Positions 1-10,755 are shown, counted from the stretch's first letter. The stretch is DNA of 64,000 nt from Candidatus Deferrimicrobiaceae bacterium (GCA_963792415.1 CAWBVY010000001.1:224001-288000), one strand, 5' to 3'. Program-made: numbers and translations. Notes: a model not told the origin generated them from the letters alone.

Positions 1-927
1 CTGCCGGTACACCTCGTCGAGGATCTCCCTGCCGCCTTGCGACAGGAGCTCCCCGGCCAGCGCGACCCCGACCGCCTCGGGATCGGAGATGGGGCCTTTC
101 CGGCTTCCCCGCAGGATCCGCGACCCGTCGGGCTTCCCGATCAGCCCCGAGAGGGCGACCGTGTCCCCGACAACCGTTCCGTGCGCCGCGATGGGGACCT
201 GGCAGCCGCCTTCCAGCCGCTTCAGGAAACCGCGCTCCGCCCGGACCGCCACGGACGTCTCCCGGTCGTCCAGGAACGCCACGGCCTCACGGGTTCTCGC
301 GTCCTCGCTCCGGATCTCGATCCCGAGCGCCCCCTGCCCGATCGCCGGGATGGAAACGTCGACGGGGATATACTGGCGGATCTTGCCGTCCCACCCGAGC
401 CGGCGAAGCCCCGCGGCGGCGAGGAGGATGGCGTCGTACTGCCCCTCCTCCATCTTCCGGATGCGCGAATCGAGGTTCCCCCGCAGCTGCCCGATCGAAA
501 GGTCGGGGCGCAGGCTCAACAGCTGGGTCTGCCGGCGCAGGGAGCTCGTTCCCACCCTGGCGCCGACCGGAAGGTCCTCGAACCGCGCGTGCTTCACGGA
601 AAGGAAGGCGTCGCGCGGGTCCTCCCTCCGCGTGATGCAGGAGATCTCGAGCCCGTCGGGAAGATCGGTGGGGACGTCCTTCATGGAGTGGACGGCGAGG
701 TCGATCCGGTTCGACAGCAGCGCCTCCTCGATCTCCTTGACGAAGAGCCCCTTCCCGCCCACCTTCGAGAGCGGGACGTCGAGGATCACGTCGCCGGTCG
801 TCTTGATCTTCGTGATCTCCACCGTTCGCCCGGTGCGCCGCTCGACTTCCGCCCGCACGTGTTCCGCCTGCCAGAGGGCGAGGGTGCTCCCCCGGCTCCC
901 GAGCCGGATGACGTCACTGCCTGCCAA
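1..927 (-). CDS. hemC: hydroxymethylbilane synthase (porphobilinogen deaminase), 3' end runs off the window
   Basis: TTG start at 927 after AGGAGG; N-terminus AGSDVIRLGSRGSTLALWQAEHV, also GGKGLFVKEIE and VHSMKDVP; downstream of and overlapping hemA. Confidence 0.95.
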   Translation of the reverse strand, partial: MAGSDVIRLGSRGSTLALWQAEHVRAEVERRTGRTVEITKIKTTGDVILDVPLSKVGGKGLFVKEIEEALLSNRIDLAVHSMKDVPTDLPDGLEISCITRREDPRDAFLSVKHARFEDLPVGARVGTSSLRRQTQLLSLRPDLSIGQLRGNLDSRIRKMEEGQYDAILLAAAGLRRLGWDGKIRQYIPVDVSIPAIGQGALGIEIRSEDARTREAVAFLDDRETSVAVRAERGFLKRLEGGCQVPIAAHGTVVGDTVALSGLIGKPDGSRILRGSRKGPISDPEAVGVALAGELLSQGGREILDEVYRQ

Positions 928-2251
928 CGTTTCCTCCTTGTTCGGGGGGTCGCTCCGCCGCATCCGGCGCCCCTTCCGCTTCCTCTTCCGGGAGGTTGAA
1001 GATCTCCCGCACCGCCGTCACCATCTCCATCGGGCTCCGGCCGTCGACATCGCGCTTCATCGAGGAGATCGGGGAGTGGAGCACCTTGTTGAGGATCGAG
1101 GCGGCGAGGGACTCCACCACCTTCCGCGTCTTCGGGTCGGCCGTCCCCAGCGCGGAGAGCGCCTTGGCCACCTCCGCCTGGCGCACCTCGTCGAACTTCC
1201 GCCGCAGGGAGACGATCGTCGGGGTCACCTGCTGCGCATCGAGCCAGCGGCGGAAGGCCGCCACCTCGGCGACGACGATCTCCTCGGCCAGCGAAGCCTC
1301 GCGCTGCCGCTCCTCGAGGTTCGTCTCGATCACGTTGTTCAGGTCGTCGATGTCGTAGACGTAGACGTTGTCGATCTGGTTGGCGTCCGGGTCGATGTCG
1401 CGCGGCACCGCCATGTCGATGAAGAACATCGGCCGGTTCCTGCGGATCCGGATGACCGCCTCCACGTCTTCCTTCTTCAGGACGAAGTGGGGGGCGCCGG
1501 TCGAGGAGAGGATGATGTCCGCGCGCTTCAGGTGGGTGGCCAGCTCCTCGAAGCGCACGGCCGTGCCGTCGAACTCCTCGGCGAGGTGAACGGCGCGCTC
1601 GAAGGTCCGGTTCGTCACGAGGATCCCCTTGGCGCCGGCGGAGAGCAGGTGCCGCGCCGCCAGCTCGCACATCTCCCCCGCCCCGATCAGCATCACCACC
1701 TTGTCCGGGAGGTCGCCCAGGATCTTCTTCGCGAGCTCCACGGCCGCGTACGAGACCGAGACGGCGCTGTTCGCGACCCGCGTTTCCGTGCGGACCCGCT
1801 TTGCAACCGAGAACGACTTCGTGAAGAACTTGTCGAGGACCGGCCCGATCGTCTTGAACTCGCAGGCGTACCCGTAGGCGTCCTTCACCTGTCCGAGGAT
1901 CTGCGGCTCCCCGAGCACCATCGAGTCGAGGCTGCTGGATACCCGGAACAGGTGCCGCACCGCGTCTTCCCCCAGGTAATGGTAGAGGTGGTCCGACAGC
2001 TCGCCGACCGGGATGCCGTGGAAGCCGGCGAGGAATTCCTTCACGAGCTCCACGCCCTTGTATCCGACATCCGAGAGAACGCAGGCCTCGACGCGGTTGC
2101 AGGTGGAGAGGATCACTCCTTCGGAGATCCCGTCCCGCTCCCGCAGTCCCCGGAGCGCGTGCCCCACCGTGTCCGCCGGGAACGCCAGGCGCTCCCGGAC
2201 CTCCACCGGCGCGGTCCGGTGGTTCAATCCGACGATGACGATCTCGCTCAT
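914..2251 (-). CDS. hemA: glutamyl-tRNA reductase
   Basis: VGLNHRTAPVEVRE, LSTCNRVE catalytic Cys, LDSMVLGEPQILGQVK, IGAGEM, DMAVPRDID. Confidence 0.97.
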   Translation of the reverse strand: MSEIVIVGLNHRTAPVEVRERLAFPADTVGHALRGLRERDGISEGVILSTCNRVEACVLSDVGYKGVELVKEFLAGFHGIPVGELSDHLYHYLGEDAVRHLFRVSSSLDSMVLGEPQILGQVKDAYGYACEFKTIGPVLDKFFTKSFSVAKRVRTETRVANSAVSVSYAAVELAKKILGDLPDKVVMLIGAGEMCELAARHLLSAGAKGILVTNRTFERAVHLAEEFDGTAVRFEELATHLKRADIILSSTGAPHFVLKKEDVEAVIRIRRNRPMFFIDMAVPRDIDPDANQIDNVYVYDIDDLNNVIETNLEERQREASLAEEIVVAEVAAFRRWLDAQQVTPTIVSLRRKFDEVRQAEVAKALSALGTADPKTRKVVESLAASILNKVLHSPISSMKRDVDGRSPMEMVTAVREIFNLPEEEAEGAPDAAERPPEQGGNVGRQ

Positions 2252-2270
2252 GCGGTGTTTCGCCGTTCCA

Positions 2271-3098
2271 TCAGCCGGAAAGGTTCGTGTAGGTGTGCAG
2301 GCCCGGCAGGAGAAGGTTCACGCCGAGGAAGGTGAACAGGATCGCGCAGAACCCGACGATGGCGAGGATCGCCGCCTTGCGGCCGCGCCAGCCGACGGTC
2401 ATCCGTCCGTGGAGCAGCGCGGCGTAGAGCAGCCACGTGATGAGGGACCAGACCTCTTTCGGGTCCCAGCTCCAGTAGGAGCCCCAGGCGAACGAAGCCC
2501 AGATCGACCCCGTGATGATCCCCAGGGTGAGCAGCGGGAAACCGATCGTCAGGCAGCGGTAGTTGATGTCGTCGAGGACGTTGAGGGACGGGAGGCGCTT
2601 GAAGATCGCCCCCATTTTCTTGGTCTTCAGCTCCCTCTCCATCAGCAGGTACATGATCCCCGCGCCGAACGCCACGGCGAAGACGGCGTTGCCGAAGAAA
2701 AGGAGCATTACGTGGACGGGGAGCCAGTACGAGTTGAGCGCGGGGGCCAGCGCCCGGACCTCGCCGGGCAGGAAGGCCGCGGAGACGCTGAACGCGAAGG
2801 CCAGCGGCGCCACAAAGGCGCCGAGCACCCTGAGGTGGTACCTGAGCTCGAAGGCGAGAAAGACGCACACGATCGCGAAGGCGGAGAAGGAGAGCGACTC
2901 GAAGAGGCTCGTGATCGGGGTGTACCCGGCGACGAAGTAGCGCGCGACGAACCCCACCCCGTGGAGGAGCACGCCGATCAGCAGGAGCATCCGCCCGAGC
3001 TTCGCGCTTCGTTCGTTCAGCGTGAAGACGAAGTGGAGGTACGCAAGCGCCCCGACGAGGTAGAAGAGGGCCGTGCCCTTGAGCAGGACGGTGTGCAT
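2271..3098 (-). CDS. ccsB: cytochrome c biogenesis protein CcsA/CcsB (HemX-like), system II
   Basis: multi-TM protein with WWD motif WGSYWSWDPKE and C-terminal GLHTY; start taken at MHTVLLK. Confidence 0.9.
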   Translation of the reverse strand: MHTVLLKGTALFYLVGALAYLHFVFTLNERSAKLGRMLLLIGVLLHGVGFVARYFVAGYTPITSLFESLSFSAFAIVCVFLAFELRYHLRVLGAFVAPLAFAFSVSAAFLPGEVRALAPALNSYWLPVHVMLLFFGNAVFAVAFGAGIMYLLMERELKTKKMGAIFKRLPSLNVLDDINYRCLTIGFPLLTLGIITGSIWASFAWGSYWSWDPKEVWSLITWLLYAALLHGRMTVGWRGRKAAILAIVGFCAILFTFLGVNLLLPGLHTYTNLSG

Positions 3099-3202
3099 CC
3101 GGATATAGTAGACCACCCGCGTCGCCCGGAACAAGCGTGGATTCCCGAGGTGCCCGGGTTCGGGGAGGATTCCACACCCCCGCCATGAGATAATCCATCG
3201 GC

Positions 3203-4099
3203 ATGGACCTCTCAACCGGTCTCCACCCTTTCCGTGCCTCTGCTCCCGCCCTCGCCGCCGCGCTGCTGCTCTCCCTTGCCTTGGGAGGGTGCGCCTCCAT
3301 GTTCTTCCATCCCACCCGGGAGCTCGCCGGTCCGCCGGAGCCCGCGGGGGGATCGCTGGAAGAGGTCTTCTTCCCCTCGACGGACGGCGTCCGGCTCCAC
3401 GGTTGGATCCTTCGCCCCTCCGCCCCTCCAAAGGGGACCGTCCTCTTCCTCCACGGGAACGCGGAAAACATGAGCACCCACGTGAACGCGGTCCTGTGGC
3501 TCGTCGAGGCGGGGTACCTGGTGTTCGCCTTCGACTACCGCGGGTACGGAACGTCCGACGGGACACCGGATATCCCCGGGGTGAACCGGGACGGCGTCGC
3601 CGCCCTGGATCTGGCGTTTCGCATCCGGAGCGGGGAAGGAGGCGGGGTCGTCGTGTTCGGGCAGTCCCTCGGGGGCGCGATTGCCGCATACGCCGTCGCC
3701 AACTCGCCGCGCAGGGGGGAGATCAAGGCGCTTATTCTCGACAGCGTCTTCGCCGGATACAGGCGGATCGTCCGGGACAAGCTCATCGCGGGGATCGTCA
3801 CCCTGCCGCTGGCGTGGCCCGCGAGCTGGACGGTCGAGGACGGGTACAGCCCGGAGCGATGGATCGGATCCGTCGCCCCCGTCCCCGTCGTGGTGATCCA
3901 CGGGACGGAGGACCAGGTCGTCCCCTTCTCCCACGGCGAACGGCTGTACCGGCTCGCCGGGCAGCCGAAGGGGTTCTGGAAGGTCGATGGAGGCGGGCAC
4001 GCGACCGCCCTGCGCCTGCCGGACGTTCGGGCCCGATTGCTCGGGGTCCTCGATTCCGTCCTTGCGCCCCCCGTCAGGAATCCGCCGTCTCCCGATTGA
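3203..4099 (+). CDS. alpha/beta hydrolase lipoprotein (YfhR/ABHD-like)
   Basis: lipobox LGG-C, HGNAEN oxyanion motif, DYRGYG, nucleophile GQSLG, HGTEDQVVP Asp, GGGH His. Confidence 0.88.
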   Translation: MDLSTGLHPFRASAPALAAALLLSLALGGCASMFFHPTRELAGPPEPAGGSLEEVFFPSTDGVRLHGWILRPSAPPKGTVLFLHGNAENMSTHVNAVLWLVEAGYLVFAFDYRGYGTSDGTPDIPGVNRDGVAALDLAFRIRSGEGGGVVVFGQSLGGAIAAYAVANSPRRGEIKALILDSVFAGYRRIVRDKLIAGIVTLPLAWPASWTVEDGYSPERWIGSVAPVPVVVIHGTEDQVVPFSHGERLYRLAGQPKGFWKVDGGGHATALRLPDVRARLLGVLDSVLAPPVRNPPSPD

Positions 4100-4163
4100 C
4101 CGGGTACCCGGGTGCGGGTAATATCAAATTATGTTTCAATTCCAATTCGCGAAGGAGACCGGG

Positions 4164-4628
4164 ATGAAAAAACTGTTGGTATTTGTTGCGGCCCTATCCC
4201 TGATCGCGGCGGGTACCGCGTTTGCCGCGGGGAATACGGGCTGCGGGCTGGGCACGACGATCTTCAAGGACACCCAGAACCAGTCGACACTCGTCCAGGT
4301 TGTCGCTGTAACCACGAACGGCACCCTCGGAAACCAGACCTTCGGCATCTCCTCGGGCACATCCGAATGCACCCAGCCGGCGAAGGTTGTGCGGAACGAG
4401 CGGCTGAACGAGTTCGTCCAGGCCAACCTGGATGAACTGGCCCGCGACATCTCGGCGGGGAAGGGCGAGACCCTCTCCACCGTCGCCGAGCTGATGGGCG
4501 TTCCGGCCGGGGATCGCGACGCGTTCAACGGCAAGTTGCAGGCGAACTTTCACCAGATCTTCCCGGCCCCCGGGGTCGAGTACGCGCACGTGGTGGACAC
4601 GATCGTCAGCGTGTCGAACCAGGGGTAA
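4164..4628 (+). CDS. secreted DUF3015-family protein
   Basis: AAGGAG RBS, signal peptide MKKLL...AFA, GCGLG and TTNGT..NQTFGISSGTSEC motifs. Confidence 0.85.
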   Translation: MKKLLVFVAALSLIAAGTAFAAGNTGCGLGTTIFKDTQNQSTLVQVVAVTTNGTLGNQTFGISSGTSECTQPAKVVRNERLNEFVQANLDELARDISAGKGETLSTVAELMGVPAGDRDAFNGKLQANFHQIFPAPGVEYAHVVDTIVSVSNQG

Positions 4629-4661
4629 GAGACGCCCGGGCGTCCGGCAAACGGAAGGGGC

Positions 4662-6570
4662 GTGCGCCACCGCGGCGCGCGCCCCTTCTTCCTTTTCCCA
4701 CTTCTTTTCCTTTTCCTGCTCCCCTCCCCCGCGCGGTCGGAAAACGACGATTACCTCGCCGAACTGAAGAAATCCGCGGAGCAGCGCCTTTTACAGAATG
4801 ACCGGTACTGGGACATCCTCCTCTTTTATAAACCGGCGGCGGGAGGCCGGAAGAGCCTCGTCGACGACCCGAGATTCTTCCTGGCTCCCGGCGGGAAGCG
4901 GGATCCCGGCGCCGAGCTGTCCGCGACCCTCGGCGCCATGTTCGACAATTCCATTTCGCCTCCGATCCGTTGCCGCTTTCCCGCGCGGTACGAATGGCTG
5001 AGGGAGACACTGACGATCGATCCCCTGCGGCTCCCCGCGCCGGAATGCCCCGAACTCGACAACACCCTGCGCGCGATCAACCCGAAGTCCGCCTCCCTGA
5101 TCTTCGCCTCGGGGCACATGAACGCCCCGGCGTCGATGTTCGGGCACACGTTCCTGCGCCTGGACGGCGACTACGAGAGCCCCCTCCTGTCCTACGCGGT
5201 GAATTACGCGGCGACGATCAACCCGAAGGACGGCGGGATCGCCTACGCCTTCAAGGGGATCTTGGGGTATTACCCGGGGTACTACTCCCTCCTCCCCTAC
5301 TACGCGAAGGTCCGGGAGTACGCGAACATGGACCAGCGGGACCTTTGGGAGTACCGGACGAACCTCACGGAAACCGAGGTCCGGCGGATGACCCTTCACA
5401 TTCTGGAAATGGAGGGGATCTACGCGGACTACTACTTCCTCGACGAGAACTGTTCGTACGACCTCCTCTTTCTCCTCGAGGCCGCGCGCCCTTCCGTCAC
5501 CCTCACCGACCGGAACAAAGGATTCTTCGTCGCTCCGATCGACACACTGCGCAGCGTGCTGGCGGAAGGGCTGATCGACAACGTCGTCTTCCGCCCGTCG
5601 ACCGCCCGGACGATCCGTCACAAGGCCGGGGAGGCGGGCGAGGCGGAGGTCGCCATGGCGAAGTCGCTCGCGGCGGGCGATGTCTTGCCCTCGACCGTGG
5701 TCGAAGGGCCGCTGCCGCCGCAGGGGAAGGCGAGAGTGCTCGACCTCGCGGCGGATTTCACCCGTTATCTGTACCTGAAAAAGGAAATGCCGAAGGATGC
5801 CTATCAAGGGCGTTACCTGCGGATCCTCGCGGCCCGGAGCACGGTGGCGGAACCGCCGCCCGAATCCCGGCCGCTTCCCGTGCCCGCCCCACCCGGAGTC
5901 CGGGCACCTCGTCTCGAGGGCGTCCCTCGCGGGGGGAGCCCGCGAGGGACGCCCGTTTCTCGAGGTCGCCTACCGCCCCGCCTACCATTCCCTGGAAGAC
6001 CCCGCGGAGGGGTTCAACGACGGCTCCCAGATCGTCTTCGCGGAGGCGGCGGTCCGTTGGTACCCCCGGGACGAAAAGGTCCGCCTGCAGCGACTGGATC
6101 TCATCGACATCGTCTCCCTCGCCCCGCGGGACGCGCTGTTCCGCCCCGTCTCGTGGAAGGTGAAGACCGGTTTCGCAAGCCGGGATTTCGCCGGCGGCGC
6201 GGAAGCGATCGTGTACGAAATCGCCCCGGGGGGCGGGTTCGCGTGGAAGATCCCTTCCGTGGGGATCGCCTACCTCCTCCTGGAAACGGACCTCGCGGTT
6301 TCCGGCAGGTACGACCGTTCGTACGCGTTCGGGATGGGGGGCTCCACGGGGATCGCCCGGCAGGTTTCCGACAGGTGGGGTCTCCTCGCCCAGGCGAGGT
6401 ACATCTACGGCCTGCTCGGCGACCGGGAGCAGGGGCGGCGATTCACGGCGTCGTTGAAGGTACCGGTCCGCCTCTCCCGGAACCGGTCCCTCGTCCTGGA
6501 TGGGGAACACACGGAGGGCCCGTCGGTTCACGTGGGCACGATCCGGCTCACGTGGAACGCCTACTTCTGA
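4662..6570 (+). CDS. DUF4105 (Lnb-like N-terminal domain) protein with C-terminal outer-membrane beta-barrel; +1 frameshift near 5892-5894
   Basis: signal peptide; CRFPARY, SMFGHT, YYFLDENCSY motifs; removing one C at 5892-5894 joins the two frames (PVPAPP-ESGH); ends RLTWNAYF (beta-signal-like). Confidence 0.8.
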
Positions 6571-7305
6571 CCGGTCGGACGCAGAACTACCAATCCCGTG
6601 ATCCCGAGAAAATAACGCCGTTCCGCCAGCACCTCGAACCGGTTCTCCCGGAAGATTCCCCGCAACCGGTTCCGGTCCGGGAAATCCCGCAGGCTCTCCG
6701 CGACATACCCGTGGATCTCCGGCGTCCCGTGGAGGAGGAGTCCCCAGAGACCGCACCAGCTCCGCAGAAGAAGGTACTGCAGATACCGCAGGGAGGGAAC
6801 GTTCCGGATTCGAAAAGTCGAGGAACGCCGCAACACCGCCGGGAGAAAGAACCCGGTGGACCTCGGCGACGGCTTTCCGAAGGTCGGGCGCGTTGCGAAG
6901 GGCGTAGCTTCCGGTCACGACGTCGGCGGAACCGTCGGGAAACGGGAGGTCGCACAGGTCGCCCCGCTCGAACCGGACGTTTGTGAACCGGTTGCGCTCC
7001 CGCGCGATCGCCAGCATGGGTGGCGAGAGATCCAGCCCTGTGACAACCCCGCCGGGGTAGCGTCCCGCGAGAAGGAAGGCCACGTCGCCGGTGCCGCACG
7101 CGAGGTCCACGCAAACGGGGGACGCGAAGTCCGGCAGGGCTGCGACAAACGCCCCCTTCCACGCCGCGTCCCGCCCGAGCGACATCATGCGTGTCGCGAA
7201 ATCGTACCGCGACGCGGCCTCGGCGAAGTGGAGTTCGTTGTAGGCCCGCTTCCGCTCGGGGACGTCGAGCCACTCCCGTGCCTTGAGGCGGAACCGTCCG
7301 CTCAT
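6561..7305 (-). CDS. UbiE/MenG-like class I SAM methyltransferase; +1 frameshift near 6798
   Basis: YDFATRMMSLGRDAAWK, VDLACGTGD, YALRN, FLDFS; C-terminus continues in another frame (YVAESLRDFP); ATGA-coupled to the PKS. Confidence 0.8.
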
Positions 7306-8465
7306 CGCGTCGGGAAGGGCGGCAAAGAGAGGGCGCCGGGGAAGCAGGCGACCTCCCGTGCGCCGACCGCTTCCATGGTCGCCGTCTCGACGGTCAACCC
7401 CGGCCCGAACGCAACGGCGCAGACCCGCTCCCTCCCTCCCCCGGTGGAACGATTGAGGATCTCCTCGAGGACGAAGAGGATGGTGGCGCTGCTCATGTTC
7501 CCGCACCGGCGCAGCACCTCGCGGGATGCGGTCACCTGGTCGGCGGAAAGCCCGAGGGTCCTCTGCACCTGGTCGATGATCGACTTCCCCCCGGGGTGGA
7601 CCGCCCACGTATCGACGTCGGGCAGCGACAGCCCCCCGGCGGCGAGCGCGGGCCCGACCAATTCGCGGATGTTCGAGCCGATGAGTTTCGGCACGTAGCT
7701 CGACAGGGCGATGTCGAACCCCTGGTCGCCGATCCGCCACGTCATGTCCTGCTCGCCGGCGGGAACCAGGGCGGAGCGGAATCCGTCCAGCCGGTAGGCG
7801 GGCGCTCCCGGATCCGGCTCCCGGGCGGAAACGATCGCGGCCCCCGCCCCGTCGGCGAAGAGCGAGTTCGCCAGCAGGCTGTCCTCCGATCCGTTCAACT
7901 GGAGGTGCAGGCTGCACAGCTCGAGGCACATGACGAGGACCACGGCGGACGGATCCGCCGCGCAGAACTGGGAGGCCATCCGCAAGGCGGGGAAGGCGGC
8001 GTAACACCCCATGAAGCCGAGGTGGTACCGCTGCGTGGCGTCGGACATGCCCAGCTCGCGCACGATGTAGTAGTCGGGGCCGGGGTTGTAGAACCCGGTG
8101 CACGACACGGTCACGACGTGCGTCACGTCGGCGGGGGTGACACGGGGACAGTTCCCGATCACCTTCCGGGCCAACGCCACCGACATCGAACGGGACTCGG
8201 CCGAAAAGATGTCGTTGCGGGCGGCGGTCCCTGGCCCTCGAAGTGCACCACCTGCGTCGCGCCGGAAGAAGGCGCCCTCCCCCTCCCCGTCGTAGTTGCG
8301 AAGCACGGAGTGGCGCCGTTCGATCCCCGAGTGCAGGTAGACGGCCCGCACCATGCGCCTCTCCCGGTCGTCTCGGGCCCACTCCTGCATCTTCACCATC
8401 GCCTCTTCCTGGGCAAAGGAAAAGTCGGGGAGCAGCGTGTCGATCCGGTGGATCCAGGCGGTCAT
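7302..8465 (-). CDS. type III polyketide synthase (chalcone/stilbene synthase family)
   Basis: Cys-His-Asn triad GFMGCYA / VHPGG / GNMSS; LFADGA; AFGPGLTVE. Confidence 0.95.
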   Translation of the reverse strand: MTAWIHRIDTLLPDFSFAQEEAMVKMQEWARDDRERRMVRAVYLHSGIERRHSVLRNYDGEGEGAFFRRDAGGALRGPGTAARNDIFSAESRSMSVALARKVIGNCPRVTPADVTHVVTVSCTGFYNPGPDYYIVRELGMSDATQRYHLGFMGCYAAFPALRMASQFCAADPSAVVLVMCLELCSLHLQLNGSEDSLLANSLFADGAGAAIVSAREPDPGAPAYRLDGFRSALVPAGEQDMTWRIGDQGFDIALSSYVPKLIGSNIRELVGPALAAGGLSLPDVDTWAVHPGGKSIIDQVQRTLGLSADQVTASREVLRRCGNMSSATILFVLEEILNRSTGGGRERVCAVAFGPGLTVETATMEAVGAREVACFPGALSLPPFPTR

Positions 8466-8498
8466 CGGTTGCCTCCGTCCATTGCGGTTAGATGCGTC

Positions 8499-9116
8499 TC
8501 AACGGGATGGGGATACGGTCAGGGTGAAGGCGGCCTTGACGGAGATATTGTCCCCTACACGTATGATCCCGAGGACGGAGGGGGGGGTCAGGTCGAACTC
8601 CCCCAGCGGTACGGTGAACTCGAGGTCGAAGGTGACCTGTTCGCCGGATTCCTTCAGGTTGCTCGCCGTGGCGCGTACCTTCCGTTCCACGTCCCGGATC
8701 CGGAGGACCAGGTCGATGGAGGCATCCCCCTCGCGTCCTTTTCCAATTTCCGCACGGAGTCGCTCGACATCCACATCATGCGCCGCCGCGTGGATTCGCG
8801 GAAACCGCTCCGACAGGAATATCTCGCGCATCTTCCCGTCGCGGGTTGCGTTCCGCGTGTCCATCCCTGCCACCGGCACGTCCACTTCCACGTTCGGGAT
8901 GACCTGTCTGCCCGCGGCGTCGCGAGCAAGGACCGCTGTAAAGGGCAGGCAACGGGCGGAGCCGGGAACGTCGTGCAAGGTGGCCGTGACGAGGAAAGCG
9001 ACGTCGCACACACCCCGGATCGACGACGGAGACGGGTCCGCAGGAGCGGCCCCGGCGGGGGAGGATGAAAAGGCAGCAACCAGAATCGCCAGCAACATTC
9101 CCGCGCGGATGTTCAT
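8499..9116 (-). CDS. YceI-family lipid/polyisoprenoid-binding periplasmic protein
   Basis: signal peptide; MDTRNATRDGKMR resembles the YceI DT.N..RD motif; FPRI; beta-rich C-terminus. Confidence 0.78.
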   Translation of the reverse strand: MNIRAGMLLAILVAAFSSSPAGAAPADPSPSSIRGVCDVAFLVTATLHDVPGSARCLPFTAVLARDAAGRQVIPNVEVDVPVAGMDTRNATRDGKMREIFLSERFPRIHAAAHDVDVERLRAEIGKGREGDASIDLVLRIRDVERKVRATASNLKESGEQVTFDLEFTVPLGEFDLTPPSVLGIIRVGDNISVKAAFTLTVSPSR

Positions 9117-9180
9117 CCCGGTTCGCTCCTTCTCCATTATCATATTGGATGCGGAAATCACGGGAAGGAGTCCTGGATCG

Positions 9181-10755
9181 ATGACATCCCTCGCCAGGCA
9201 TCGCCTTCTCCCCTGGTTCTTCCTGCCGGTCGTACTGATCGCAGGGTGGGGTTGCGCGCAGAAGCTGCCGATCGACGAGGGGCGGATGGTGATCGCGCTG
9301 CCGGGTGCGCCGGTGAACATCGACCCGCGGGTGGCGACCGACGCCTACGGCGAACAGATCCTCCAGATGACGCACGCCTCCCTCGTCGGCCGCGACGGCG
9401 CCGGGGACCCTCTTCCCGACCTCGCGCAGCGATGGGAGTCGCCGGATCCCCTGACGTACGTATTCCACCTTCGGCCGGGGGTGCGGTTCCACGACGGGCG
9501 CCCGCTCACCTCCGCCGACGTGCGGTACACCTTCACGTGGATCCTCGACTCCTCGAACCGGTCCCCCCACCGGGGGCTGTACCGGCACCTTGCCGCGATC
9601 GAGACCCCCGATCCGGGGACCGTCGTCTTCCGTCTCTCCGAGCCGTTCTCCCCGTTCCTCTCAACGATGGTGCGCGGGATCGTCCCCGCGGGAAGTCCGG
9701 CGCGCGGCTACGCGCCGCCCGTCGGGGCGGGCCCCTACAGGATCGACGACCTCTCTCCCGACGGCGAGGCGGTCCTTTCCGCATACGACGGGTATTACGG
9801 CGGTCCGGCCGCGATCCGGTCGGTGACGGTCAAGTTCGTTCCCGACAGCAACGTCCGCTTTCTCGAACTGAAGATGGGAAGCGTGAACTTCAGCCTCAAC
9901 GGGGTCGACCCCGACCTGCTCCCGGCGGCTTCGCGGGCCGGACGGCTCGTCGTCGAGGAAGGTCCCGGCGGGAACGTCACCTATCTCGGCTACAATCTCC
10001 GGGACCGGGCGCTCTCCGACGCAAGGGTGCGGGGCGCGATCGCCCTCGCGATCGACCGGGAGACGATCGTCCGGACGATCTGGAAGGGGCGCGCCGACCT
10101 CGTCTCCTCGATCCTCCCCCCCGGATCATGGGCGCACGATCCGGATCTTCCCGCGGTCCCGTTCGATCCGGCACGGGCGCGGCGGCTCCTCGACGAAGCC
10201 GGGTTCCCCGATCCGGACGGCGAGGGCCCTCTCCCCCGCCTCCGGTTGACGTACAAGACGTCGCAGAACGAGGTGCGCCGACAGGTCGCCACCGTGATCC
10301 AGGAGCAGCTCCGCCAGGTAGGTATTTCCGTTGAAATCCAGTCTCTTGAGTGGGGAACCTTCTTCTCCGACATCAAGAAAGGAAATTTCCAGATCTACAG
10401 CCTCACCTGGGTCGGGATCTCGGACCCCGACATTTTCCACCACGCCTTCCATTCACGGAGCGCTCCCCCCGACGGCGCGAACCGCGGGGGGTACTCCGAC
10501 GCCGACGTGGACCGCCTGACGGAGTCGGCGAGGCGCGAGCCGTCCCGTTCGATCCGCCGGGAAATGTACCGGCGGGTGCAGCGGATCCTCGCGCGCGACC
10601 TGCCGGTGTTCCCGTTGTGGGCGGGCCGGAACCTGCTGGTCCGGGACCGGAGGTTGACGGGATTCCGGCTCACCCCGGACGAAAGCTACGCGCCCGTCCG
10701 CGCGATGCGGATCGTCCCGGACCCGGGGACTCCTTCGACCGGGGGACCCCGGTGA
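9181..10755 (+). CDS. peptide/nickel ABC transporter substrate-binding lipoprotein (family 5)
   Basis: lipobox AGWG-C; PDLAQRWE, YVFHLRPGVRFHDGRPLTSADV, GAGPY. Confidence 0.92.
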   Translation: MTSLARHRLLPWFFLPVVLIAGWGCAQKLPIDEGRMVIALPGAPVNIDPRVATDAYGEQILQMTHASLVGRDGAGDPLPDLAQRWESPDPLTYVFHLRPGVRFHDGRPLTSADVRYTFTWILDSSNRSPHRGLYRHLAAIETPDPGTVVFRLSEPFSPFLSTMVRGIVPAGSPARGYAPPVGAGPYRIDDLSPDGEAVLSAYDGYYGGPAAIRSVTVKFVPDSNVRFLELKMGSVNFSLNGVDPDLLPAASRAGRLVVEEGPGGNVTYLGYNLRDRALSDARVRGAIALAIDRETIVRTIWKGRADLVSSILPPGSWAHDPDLPAVPFDPARARRLLDEAGFPDPDGEGPLPRLRLTYKTSQNEVRRQVATVIQEQLRQVGISVEIQSLEWGTFFSDIKKGNFQIYSLTWVGISDPDIFHHAFHSRSAPPDGANRGGYSDADVDRLTESARREPSRSIRREMYRRVQRILARDLPVFPLWAGRNLLVRDRRLTGFRLTPDESYAPVRAMRIVPDPGTPSTGGPR

